Positions 19,279 to 27,148 of a stretch of 64,000 nucleotides of DNA are shown here, one piece after another. Each line of letters opens with the position of its first letter. Position 1 is the first letter of the stretch. This DNA comes from an uncultured Bacilli bacterium (GTDB lineage: Bacteria; Bacillota_I; Bacilli_A; RFN20; CAG-826). Location of the stretch: contig CALVSI010000003.1 of assembly GCA_944358985.1 (NCBI GenBank), positions 41,388 through 105,387 on the forward strand, given 5' to 3'. A program made the translations under genes and the position numbers. The notes below the pieces were generated by a model, which saw only the letters and a list, made by a program, of their open reading frames with translations, was not told where the DNA came from and ran no database searches.

Positions 19279-21096
19279 ATGAAAAGAAAATTGTTTTCTA
19301 TTTTATCCATTGCAAGCGTATTAGCTCTTGGATTAACGGCTTGTACACCTGAAACAGTTTCAAGTAGTTCTAATTCTACATCTTCTAATACAACAACATC
19401 TTCTGAAAATGTTGATCAAATTCTTTCTAGCGATTTGCAAACATTATTAACACAGCAATATTACGCTAACGAAGTAAGAAACGCGAGTAAAATTGTCTAT
19501 CATGGTGATGAAAACCGTGGTGATACTGCCATTTATACTTATGATGAAGAATGGACTGTTTATGATGATGAAGTTGGATATGCAACTGGTAAAAATACAC
19601 TTAATTATCCAGATAGCGATACTCCTAACTCATATAAAGAAGATACATATCGACACATTGTTAAAACGGAAACTATCTCAAATCAAAAAATAATTTATTT
19701 TGTAACCGATTTTAATAATGATGGGGCACAATATCAAAATTGGTGTGATGATGCGACAAGACTACCAGTATATGAAAGTGAAATGCCTGGTTTAGTGGAA
19801 GGTAGCGATTATTTAGCACAAGGTTCCGTTATTGGTCAAATTAATAAACAAGTTAGTTTAATTGCTAGTAACTTTATCGCTGTTATGTTAAGTCAGGCAA
19901 ATGGTAATATTCCATATGTTCTTTCATATGTTAAAGACGGAAATCAAATTTATGAATTACAAGATTTTATTTTTGAAGTAGATGATTTAAAATACACATA
20001 CACGTTTTTATTAACATTTGATGATGATCGAATTATAAATGCTGAGCTTCACACTAGTGTGGATTATGGCGAAAATTATGTTATCACAATTGATGATACA
20101 TATACTGTTAGTTATGATGAAAGAACATCGTTTGCTAATTCTAATATTGATATGGACCCAAATAATTACTTTTTAGCTAGTGTAAGTGAAGTTAAAGGCT
20201 TTTATTATGATAATGGTGAAAAAGTTTATGTTGATTTAAACGATGTTCCTGTCGGTATATTTTTAGCATTTGAAGCTAGCGTATACGAACCATCTTTAGC
20301 AGTAGATTTATCTATGAACGCTGTTGAATCATCTAACCCTGCATTTGTAATAAGCGGAAATGTATTTGAAGTTACTGCTGCTGGTAGAGCAACATTAACT
20401 ATTGAAAGCCAAACCGGTGTTGTTTTAAATGTTAGTGTCGCTGCTGGTATTCCTGATGTTGAATCGATTACTTATACACACGCTACTAGTGATATTGAAT
20501 TAGATTATGATAGCGACGATAATCCTATTTATTCAATTTATGTTGGACAAACTTACGATAGCATTTATGTCGGTGTGGAACCAAACGAAGCCGGCTTAGA
20601 TAATCTAACTTGGGAAATAAGCGATTCTAGTGTTTTATCAATAACTAAGGTTGCTACTTATTCAACAATGATTGAACTTGAATACCAAGTATTAGCAAAT
20701 AATTCTTCAAAATCAGTTACTGTTACATTTAAAAGCGGAGAAGTCTCTTATGATGTCACTTATAATATTAAAGATGAACTAACTGATGAAGATAGAATTG
20801 CTATATTAATGAACACAGAATATCATTGGGATTCGTTGTATCAAGGTGGAAGTGCTGATTTGACATTTGTAAGTGAAACGACCGCACATTTACGTTTTTA
20901 TTCAGGCAACGAAATAATTGAAACTGATTTTACTTATTCGTTAAATGGCACTCAATTGATTGTTTCTAATTTAACAAATGCAGATTATCCATATGCATAT
21001 AATAGCGGTGATATCTCTTTAGATTGCCAAGAAATTACTTTACGAGTTGATGTTACTGCAAATGTTCATTATTTTTATCCAGTTGTAGAGGCATAA
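19279..21096 (+). CDS. Lipoprotein, paralog cluster member 3 (605 aa)
   Basis: Starts 4 nt after the previous stop, with an AAGGAG SD. Lipobox is LGLTAC and the tether is TPETVSSSSNSTSSNTTTSS. The core motif is LLTFDDDRII. An Ig-like segment reads AAGRATLTIESQTGVVLNVSV. The C-terminal module carries TDFTYSLNGTQLIV. Confidence 0.75.
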   Translation: MKRKLFSILSIASVLALGLTACTPETVSSSSNSTSSNTTTSSENVDQILSSDLQTLLTQQYYANEVRNASKIVYHGDENRGDTAIYTYDEEWTVYDDEVGYATGKNTLNYPDSDTPNSYKEDTYRHIVKTETISNQKIIYFVTDFNNDGAQYQNWCDDATRLPVYESEMPGLVEGSDYLAQGSVIGQINKQVSLIASNFIAVMLSQANGNIPYVLSYVKDGNQIYELQDFIFEVDDLKYTYTFLLTFDDDRIINAELHTSVDYGENYVITIDDTYTVSYDERTSFANSNIDMDPNNYFLASVSEVKGFYYDNGEKVYVDLNDVPVGIFLAFEASVYEPSLAVDLSMNAVESSNPAFVISGNVFEVTAAGRATLTIESQTGVVLNVSVAAGIPDVESITYTHATSDIELDYDSDDNPIYSIYVGQTYDSIYVGVEPNEAGLDNLTWEISDSSVLSITKVATYSTMIELEYQVLANNSSKSVTVTFKSGEVSYDVTYNIKDELTDEDRIAILMNTEYHWDSLYQGGSADLTFVSETTAHLRFYSGNEIIETDFTYSLNGTQLIVSNLTNADYPYAYNSGDISLDCQEITLRVDVTANVHYFYPVVEA

Positions 21097-21098
21097 TT

Positions 21099-21944
21099 AT
21101 GAAATTTCAAAAAGTAATTTTACCTATCGTATCAATTGTTTTGCTAGGTGGTTGCAATAATATAGAAAATTCTAGCTCTTCAACATCAATTAGTAGTTCT
21201 ATTTCATCATCTACAAGTATTGCTTCAACAACAAGTGAAGAACCCGCTATTGAGGATAATATTGAAGCTGTGCGTCAAATAATGAAAGAACTTAAAGGCA
21301 ATCACAATCACGCTAGTTATTCCATTACACAGTTTGATTATTATGGAGCGGTTGATATAACCACGACACGCACAGGCGAAAAAACATCTTATCAAGATTA
21401 TTTTTATCAAGATTTATATTCGGAACAAATTGGTGAAAGTACACCATATAATGGAAGAATCGATCGCGGTTTTGATAATTCAGAGCATCTTTATCAAATA
21501 ACACAAGTCGATAGTATTCTTAATAAAATTTTTATCGATAGAGATGATAATGGTGAATATCCTATTGATTATCTTGAATATTTTTTCTCAGTCGACTTTG
21601 CTACTATTTATTGTTATGAAGTATTAGATTCTTCTTTAACAGCATTAAAGCAATATAGCGATTGTTCAGCATATTTAGACACTAATATTTTTGATGTTGA
21701 TTTTAATCAAGATGGAGATAAATCATTTAACTATCGTTTAACATTTAAAAAAGGTAGTTATGTTCAATTCGAATTTTATCGTGAAGATACCTTAACAATT
21801 CAAAATGGCGAAATTATAAAATCACAATCGAGTTATTATCAATCAGTAGAAGACGCCACTAACTATCAATCAATCGCTAATGAAATTGAATATTCAACTG
21901 TCGATAGTGTTTACGATGGTGATAAATTAATAGATTTAAATTAA
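21099..21944 (+). CDS. Lipoprotein, paralog cluster member 4 (281 aa, core domain only)
   Basis: Starts 2 nt after the previous stop. Lipobox is VLLGGC and the tether is NNIENSSSSTSISSSISSSTSIASTTS. Its strand/helix layout resembles the N-terminal core of members 1 to 3. Confidence 0.7.
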   Translation: MKFQKVILPIVSIVLLGGCNNIENSSSSTSISSSISSSTSIASTTSEEPAIEDNIEAVRQIMKELKGNHNHASYSITQFDYYGAVDITTTRTGEKTSYQDYFYQDLYSEQIGESTPYNGRIDRGFDNSEHLYQITQVDSILNKIFIDRDDNGEYPIDYLEYFFSVDFATIYCYEVLDSSLTALKQYSDCSAYLDTNIFDVDFNQDGDKSFNYRLTFKKGSYVQFEFYREDTLTIQNGEIIKSQSSYYQSVEDATNYQSIANEIEYSTVDSVYDGDKLIDLN

Positions 21945-21956
21945 GACAAAATGAAC

Positions 21957-21987
21957 AAAAAGAACTGCGATTTGCAGTTCTTTTTTT
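21957..21987. terminator. Bidirectional terminator between lipoprotein cluster and ktrA
   Basis: AGAACTGC (21961-21968) pairs with GCAGTTCT (21974-21981) around a 5-nt loop, with an A-run upstream and T7 downstream. Confidence 0.8.
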
Positions 21988-22010
21988 AAGAATGTTCTTT
22001 AAAATATAAC

Positions 22011-22712
22011 TTATTTTTTTGTTTTTTTGTTTCTTACAACGCGGACCTTTTTACCATTAATGCCTTCTCTAAAAGCTTTAATTTCACGTGTTGTTCCAAC
22101 GACAAATACTTTGTCATCTGGAAGAATTTTATCATTTCCACCTGGAACAAATGAAGCACCATCGCTTCTAACGATTAATAAGATGTTTACACCGAATCGT
22201 TCTTTTGGTTGCAATTCCATCAAAGTAGTGGGAATAAAACTTGGATTAACCATAATTGAAACGACATTATATTTTCTATCTAGTTTGTAATAATCTTTAT
22301 AATCGTAACTTTCTAAACGATTAGCTAATCCCGCTCCCGCTGCTTTTTGTGGAGATACAACCTCAGTAGCGCCTAACTTTTTAACAATAGGAATATAATA
22401 ATCATTATCAACACGAACGATTATTCTTTTAACACCAATTTCTTTTAAAATAACGGTCGTTAAAATCATTGCTTTATCATTTTGACCAAAAGCAATAATT
22501 GCAGCATCAACATCTTTGATTCCTAATTCTTGAAGCGCTTCCTCGTTAGTGGAATCAGCAATAAAACAAGTTGGAAGAATGTCGGCGACTCTTTTAACAC
22601 TTTCTTCATTAGAATCGATTGCTATCACATCAACACCTTTGTCCACTAATTCCTCAACCACAGCAGTGCCAAATTGTCCTAAACCAATTACCGCATAAGA
22701 TTTTTTTGCCAT
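22011..22712 (-). CDS. ktrA: K+ uptake system peripheral subunit, RCK/NAD-binding (KtrA/TrkA family)
   Basis: 233 aa. Rossmann motif is AVIGLGQFGTAVVEEL, followed by an RCK_C-like C-terminal half. AGGAGG SD. Lies directly downstream of ktrB. Confidence 0.85.
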   Translation of the reverse strand: MAKKSYAVIGLGQFGTAVVEELVDKGVDVIAIDSNEESVKRVADILPTCFIADSTNEEALQELGIKDVDAAIIAFGQNDKAMILTTVILKEIGVKRIIVRVDNDYYIPIVKKLGATEVVSPQKAAGAGLANRLESYDYKDYYKLDRKYNVVSIMVNPSFIPTTLMELQPKERFGVNILLIVRSDGASFVPGGNDKILPDDKVFVVGTTREIKAFREGINGKKVRVVRNKKTKK

Positions 22713-22725
22713 TTTTTATACCTCC

Positions 22726-24126
22726 TTAGCCGATGAGAATATCTGTTTCAACATAACGGATATTTGCGTCTTGTTGACTATCTTTGCTATTAAATACTTG
22801 GAAGAATGTAATAGGTCCTAATCGACCAATAAACATTACTATTGATAACACTATTTTTGAAGCTGGATGCAAAGTAGGAGTAATTCCTGTTGACACGCCA
22901 ACTGTTCCAAATGCTGAAAAACTTTCATATAATAAATCAGTTAACCGACTTTGATCGTAATTTGGATTATTTGCTTCAATTGATGCACATATTACATAAG
23001 ACAATATTACAACACCAAACGCTAAAAATGTTAGCGAGAGACCTTTTAAAATTGTTTTTTGTGAAAAAAATCTTTTAAAAGCAATCACTCGTTTTCCGCG
23101 CAAATAGGAATACATAGTTAACACAATTAAAAAAGCAGTTGTGACTTTAATACCACCGCCAGTGGAAAGTGGTGCAGCGCCTATAAACATCAATAAACAA
23201 GATAATATTTTTCCTGCTACTGATAATGATGCTTGATCATAACTTGCAAATCCTGCTGTTCTAAGCGTTACACTTTGAAATAAGGCTTGCATAAAGTCCA
23301 TACTATTTTCACCCTTCATGCCATCTGTAAGCATGAACAATCCGGCCCCTCCAAATATTAATATAGTGGTCATGATTAACACTATTTTTGTAAAAACAGT
23401 GTATTGTTTTGGGTTCTTAAAAGTAAAAACTTCAATAACAACGACAAACGAGATACCACCGCAGACAATTAACAGCATTGTAATAATGCACAGATATTGA
23501 TATGCCCATTCTGGCATCATTAAAAGCAGCGATCCTTCTAACGCTGTTTCTCTTACAAATGACGTCGTAGAAAACATATCAAAACCAGCGTTATTATATG
23601 AAGAAATTGAATGAAATATACTTGCCCAAACAGCATCCCAAGGATTTTGATAAATTGTTAAAAAAGCTGGCAATGAAAGCAAAAACCCTGCAAATTCAAA
23701 ACAAAATGCAATTAAAATGACTTTTCTAACAAATTTTGCAAGCTGATTCATCGATTCAGCACCGACGATTTGACTTAATGAAAATCTATCTTTAAATTGT
23801 AATTTCTTTTTAAACAAAGTAATGATAAAAGCCAAGATTGTAATAAAACTTAAACCACCAACTTGAATGCAGATGATAACAATTAATTGTCCAAAAAAAG
23901 TTAAGTCATTAACGACCCCGCCCTTTAAAGATACAAGACCAGTCACACATGTTGCACTTGTTGCAGTAAATAATGCATCAACGAAATCTCCCCATTGTCC
24001 TGTCGTTTGCGCCATTGGTGTGCAAATAAAAAACGCACCAACAAAAATAACTAGGAAAAAGGAAATAATTGATAATAGAAACGGCGATATATGAATTTTA
24101 TTTTTTATCGATTCGTCTTTAAACAT
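22726..24126 (-). CDS. ktrB: K+ transporter membrane subunit (KtrB/TrkH family)
   Basis: ORF track 22726..24162; the second ATG (complement of 24124-24126, MFKDES.., GAAGGA upstream) is preferred. The protein is polytopic with repeated selectivity-filter-like glycine motifs (TATCVTGL, NNAGFD, RTAGFAS, FGTVGVSTG). Confidence 0.85.
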   Translation of the reverse strand: MFKDESIKNKIHISPFLLSIISFFLVIFVGAFFICTPMAQTTGQWGDFVDALFTATSATCVTGLVSLKGGVVNDLTFFGQLIVIICIQVGGLSFITILAFIITLFKKKLQFKDRFSLSQIVGAESMNQLAKFVRKVILIAFCFEFAGFLLSLPAFLTIYQNPWDAVWASIFHSISSYNNAGFDMFSTTSFVRETALEGSLLLMMPEWAYQYLCIITMLLIVCGGISFVVVIEVFTFKNPKQYTVFTKIVLIMTTILIFGGAGLFMLTDGMKGENSMDFMQALFQSVTLRTAGFASYDQASLSVAGKILSCLLMFIGAAPLSTGGGIKVTTAFLIVLTMYSYLRGKRVIAFKRFFSQKTILKGLSLTFLAFGVVILSYVICASIEANNPNYDQSRLTDLLYESFSAFGTVGVSTGITPTLHPASKIVLSIVMFIGRLGPITFFQVFNSKDSQQDANIRYVETDILIG

Positions 24127-24257
24127 AAGTCCTTCAATGCCACTATGATATATGCAAACCATAAAACTTGCAAATTTTATTTTTTTGAGAGGTAAATTTT
24201 ATTAATTTACTTCTTAATATTTTTTCACAAAAATTTTCTTTCGTTTTTAAAAATATG

Positions 24258-24286
24258 TTGAATTGAGTTTTTATATTTGATATCAT
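24258..24286 (+). promoter_or_regulatory. Candidate promoter for rplK-rplA
   Basis: TTGAAT (24258-24263), a 17-nt spacer, then TATCAT (24281-24286). A GC-enriched leader of about 100 nt follows. Confidence 0.5.
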
Positions 24287-24387
24287 ATCAAAGCATATCG
24301 CTTGAATGCGCGTATATGCATACGTGGTAGGGCGTGTGATTTCACCCGTTTCCCACTGCACGGACATTTTTAAAGGAGGAAAGTCAC

Positions 24388-24798
24388 GTGAGTAAAAAAA
24401 TCGCAAAAGTAGTGAAGATGGAACTTCCTGGTGGCGATGCCAAACCAGGACCAAAACTTGCTTCTGCCGGTGTTGTTATGCCAAAGTTTTGTACCGACTT
24501 TAATGCAAAAACTGCCGATAGACGAGGAGAGATTGTTCCAGTTATTATCACTGCCTATGAAGACAAGACATTTAGTTTTGTCATCAAAACCTCACCTGTT
24601 GCAGGTTTAATCTTAAAAGCAGCAGGAGTCAGTAAAGGTTCTGGCAATTCTAAAAACATCGTTGGACATATTTCCAAAGAAGATTTAAGAAAAATTGCCG
24701 AATACAAATTACCTGATTTAAATTGCCATGACGTTGAATCTGCAATGAAAATTGTTGCTGGTTCATGCCGTAACATGGGAATTAAAGTGGATGACTAA
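24388..24798 (+). CDS. rplK: 50S ribosomal protein L11
   Basis: 136 aa with a GTG start and an AAAGGAGG SD. Contains the typical PGPKLASAGVVMPKFCTDFN. Confidence 0.95.
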   Translation: MSKKIAKVVKMELPGGDAKPGPKLASAGVVMPKFCTDFNAKTADRRGEIVPVIITAYEDKTFSFVIKTSPVAGLILKAAGVSKGSGNSKNIVGHISKEDLRKIAEYKLPDLNCHDVESAMKIVAGSCRNMGIKVDD

Positions 24799-24812
24799 GG
24801 AGGTATTAAATC

Positions 24813-25496
24813 ATGCATAGAAGTAAAAAATATCGTGAAGTAGACCAATTAGTAGACCACAGCAAACTTTATACCTTAGAAGAAGCCTGTGAACTTGTTA
24901 AAAAAACTTCTGTAACAAAGTTTGATGCTTCAGTTGGTGTTTCATTAAAACTCAATGTTGATATGAAACAAGCTGATCAACAAGTTCGTGGTACATTGAT
25001 TCTTCCAAATGGTAATGGTAAGACCAAACGCGTCTTAGCAATTACTAACAAAGTTGAAGAAGCGACACAAGCTGGTGCTGACTTTGTTGGTGGTAAAGAA
25101 ATGTTAGAAAAAATTCAAAAAGAAAATTGGTTTGACTATGATGTCATCGTGGCAACACCTGACATGATGGGTGAATTAGGCCGTATGGGTCGTTTACTTG
25201 GCCCAAAAGGTTTAATGCCAAATCCAAAAACAGGTACAGTTTCTAACGACATTGCAAAAGCTATCAGCGAAATTAAAGCTGGTAAAGTTGAATACCGTTG
25301 TGACCGTGATGGTAATATGCACATTGCTTTTGCAAAAGTATCATTTGACGTCAATAAAATGGTGGAAAATTTAAAAACCATTGTTACCACTATCGTTAGA
25401 GTACGTCCAAGTGCGGTCAAAGGTGTATATATCACCAATGCTGTTATCCATACGACCATGGGACCTAGCATTAAAATTACTTTTGATGGAAGATAA
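24813..25496 (+). CDS. rplA: 50S ribosomal protein L1
   Basis: 227 aa with the typical sequences [18 protein letters not shown] and [14 protein letters not shown]. Confidence 0.95.
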   Translation: MHRSKKYREVDQLVDHSKLYTLEEACELVKKTSVTKFDASVGVSLKLNVDMKQADQQVRGTLILPNGNGKTKRVLAITNKVEEATQAGADFVGGKEMLEKIQKENWFDYDVIVATPDMMGELGRMGRLLGPKGLMPNPKTGTVSNDIAKAISEIKAGKVEYRCDRDGNMHIAFAKVSFDVNKMVENLKTIVTTIVRVRPSAVKGVYITNAVIHTTMGPSIKITFDGR

Positions 25497-25643
25497 TTCC
25501 ATCTTGGTCGGCTAATTAGATTTCAATATACCTAAGACAGTAACGGCTTTGCTTAATAATGTTACCGAGGTGGAATATAGATTTAGTTATTTCTCCTTAA
25601 CGTATATTGAACCTCAAAAATTTTAAAAGAAGGAGGTAAAACG
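25497..25643 (+). promoter_or_regulatory. Probable L10(L12)4 autoregulatory leader upstream of rplJ
   Basis: An 11-bp long-range helix pairs UUCCAUCUUGG (25497-25507) with CCGAGGUGGAA (25565-25575, 2 G-U pairs). It encloses an internal hairpin GUAAC..GUUAC and a CCUAAGACAG segment. Position and size fit the L10 leader known upstream of rplJ in Firmicutes. I could not run a covariance model. Confidence 0.5.
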
Positions 25644-26129
25644 ATGAATCAAATAACTTTGGATGCAAAAAAAGCAGTAGTGGATTCTATTGTTGGCAAG
25701 TTAAACAATGCTAAAACGACTGTCGTTTGTGAGTATCGTGGTTTGACTGTCAATCAATTAGAAGATTTGCGTAATAAATTACGTGAAACAAATTCCACAT
25801 TTTGCGTTTACAAGAATTCAATGGTTGTTCGTGCTTTAAAAGAAGTAGGACAAGAACAATTATCTGATATTCTTACTGGCCCAAATGCAATCATTTTCTC
25901 AGAAGATGTTATTGCTGGTGCTAAAGTCGCTGCAAAATTTGCAAAAAGAAATGATAATCTCGTTTTAAAAGGCGGTTTAGTTGAAGGCCGCGTTGTTGAT
26001 GCAAAAGGCATCAAAGAAATAGCAAGTCTACCAGGTAGAGAAGGCTTGATTTCAATGTTACTATCGTGCTTACAAGCACCAGTTCGCTCATTTGCTTGCG
26101 CTGTTAAAGCAGTAGCGGATAAAAACTAG
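25644..26129 (+). CDS. rplJ: 50S ribosomal protein L10
   Basis: 161 aa with an AGGAGG SD. Sequence and position (between rplA and rplL) are typical. Confidence 0.95.
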   Translation: MNQITLDAKKAVVDSIVGKLNNAKTTVVCEYRGLTVNQLEDLRNKLRETNSTFCVYKNSMVVRALKEVGQEQLSDILTGPNAIIFSEDVIAGAKVAAKFAKRNDNLVLKGGLVEGRVVDAKGIKEIASLPGREGLISMLLSCLQAPVRSFACAVKAVADKN

Positions 26130-26148
26130 CCAAAAGGAGGATATATAA

Positions 26149-26523
26149 ATGGCAAAATTAACAATTGAAGAAATTGTCGCTTCATTAGAAGAAATGACAG
26201 TATTAGAATTAAACGATTTAGTTAAAGCAGTTGAAGAAAAATTTGGTGTTACCGCTGCTGCACCTGTTGCAGTTGCTGCCGCTCCAGCTGAAGAAGAAGT
26301 TGCAAAAGGACCAAGTGAAGTTTCCTTAATTTTAAAAGCTGTTGGTGCTAGCAAAGTTCAAGTCATTAAAGCTGTTCAAGCTATCACAGGTCTTGGCTTA
26401 ATGGATGCAAAAAAACTTGTTGATGCTGCTCCAAGCCCAATTAAAGAACACATTTCACCAGTTGAAGCTGAAGAACACAAAAAAGCTTTAGTGGCTGCTG
26501 GTGCTGAAGTCGAAATTAAATAG
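26149..26523 (+). CDS. rplL: 50S ribosomal protein L7/L12
   Basis: 124 aa. Shows the Ala-rich hinge [15 protein letters not shown] and the C-terminal domain [24 protein letters not shown]. Confidence 0.95.
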   Translation: MAKLTIEEIVASLEEMTVLELNDLVKAVEEKFGVTAAAPVAVAAAPAEEEVAKGPSEVSLILKAVGASKVQVIKAVQAITGLGLMDAKKLVDAAPSPIKEHISPVEAEEHKKALVAAGAEVEIK

Positions 26524-26536
26524 TTAATCAAAAAAT

Positions 26537-27136
26537 ATGTCTCAATATTTTGATAACGATGATAAAGTTAAAACTTTTCAAAGAGAAATTAAATTCGAAA
26601 TTTTGGGGCAGCAATTAACATTTATAACCGATAACGGCGTATTTAGTAAAAAGCATATTGACGAAGGGACGAAGTTGCTTTTGCAAGCACTCGTTCCTCT
26701 TCGTCTATCTAATGACATATTAGATTTAGGATGTGGATATGGTGTTATTGGAATAACGATTGCCTATTTTAATAAGGATTGTCGTGTAGTTCTTGCTGAT
26801 GTTAATAAAAGAGCAGTGGAACTAACAAAATTAAATGTTAATAATCATCACCTTCATGCGCGTTGCACGTGTTTAATATCTAATATATATGAAAACATTG
26901 ATAGCGAATTTGATAATATTATCATTAATCCGCCGATACGTGCTGGGAAGGATGTTACCTATTCAATGTATTTGGGTGCTTATGAGCATCTTAAGAAAAA
27001 TGGGTGTTTATTTATCGTAATTCGTAAAGCTCAAGGTGCACCAAGTGCTTTTAAATATTTAGAAAGCCTATTTAAGAGTGTTTGTGTGATTGCCAAGGGC
27101 AAAGGTTACTGGATAATAAAAGCTTTAAAAATATAA
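26537..27136 (+). CDS. Class I SAM-dependent methyltransferase, RsmC/RsmD-like small-domain family (ybxB-like position between rplL and rpoB)
   Basis: 199 aa. SAM motif is ILDLGCGYGVIG and the catalytic motif is IIINPPIRAGK (NPPxR type). As I recall, Bacillus carries a methyltransferase gene (ybxB) at the same position. Confidence 0.75.
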   Translation: MSQYFDNDDKVKTFQREIKFEILGQQLTFITDNGVFSKKHIDEGTKLLLQALVPLRLSNDILDLGCGYGVIGITIAYFNKDCRVVLADVNKRAVELTKLNVNNHHLHARCTCLISNIYENIDSEFDNIIINPPIRAGKDVTYSMYLGAYEHLKKNGCLFIVIRKAQGAPSAFKYLESLFKSVCVIAKGKGYWIIKALKI

Positions 27137-27148
27137 AGGAGCCCGCTG

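Noticed and set aside
24163-24387. c-di-AMP (ydaO-type) riboswitch on the minus strand upstream of ktrB
   Set aside because: The GC-rich structured segment contains ACGGGUGAAAUC on the minus strand, which is superficially ydaO-like. However, it is far too short for that pseudo-symmetric RNA of about 130 nt or more. It also lies upstream of the AT-rich stretch where a ktrB promoter would be, and it is better placed as the rplK leader downstream of a good plus-strand promoter.
24143-24454. 103-aa minus-strand ORF spanning the ktrB/rplK intergenic region
   Set aside because: It overlaps the rplK promoter, leader and start codon, has no SD, and its sequence is unremarkable. The region is better explained as divergent regulatory DNA.
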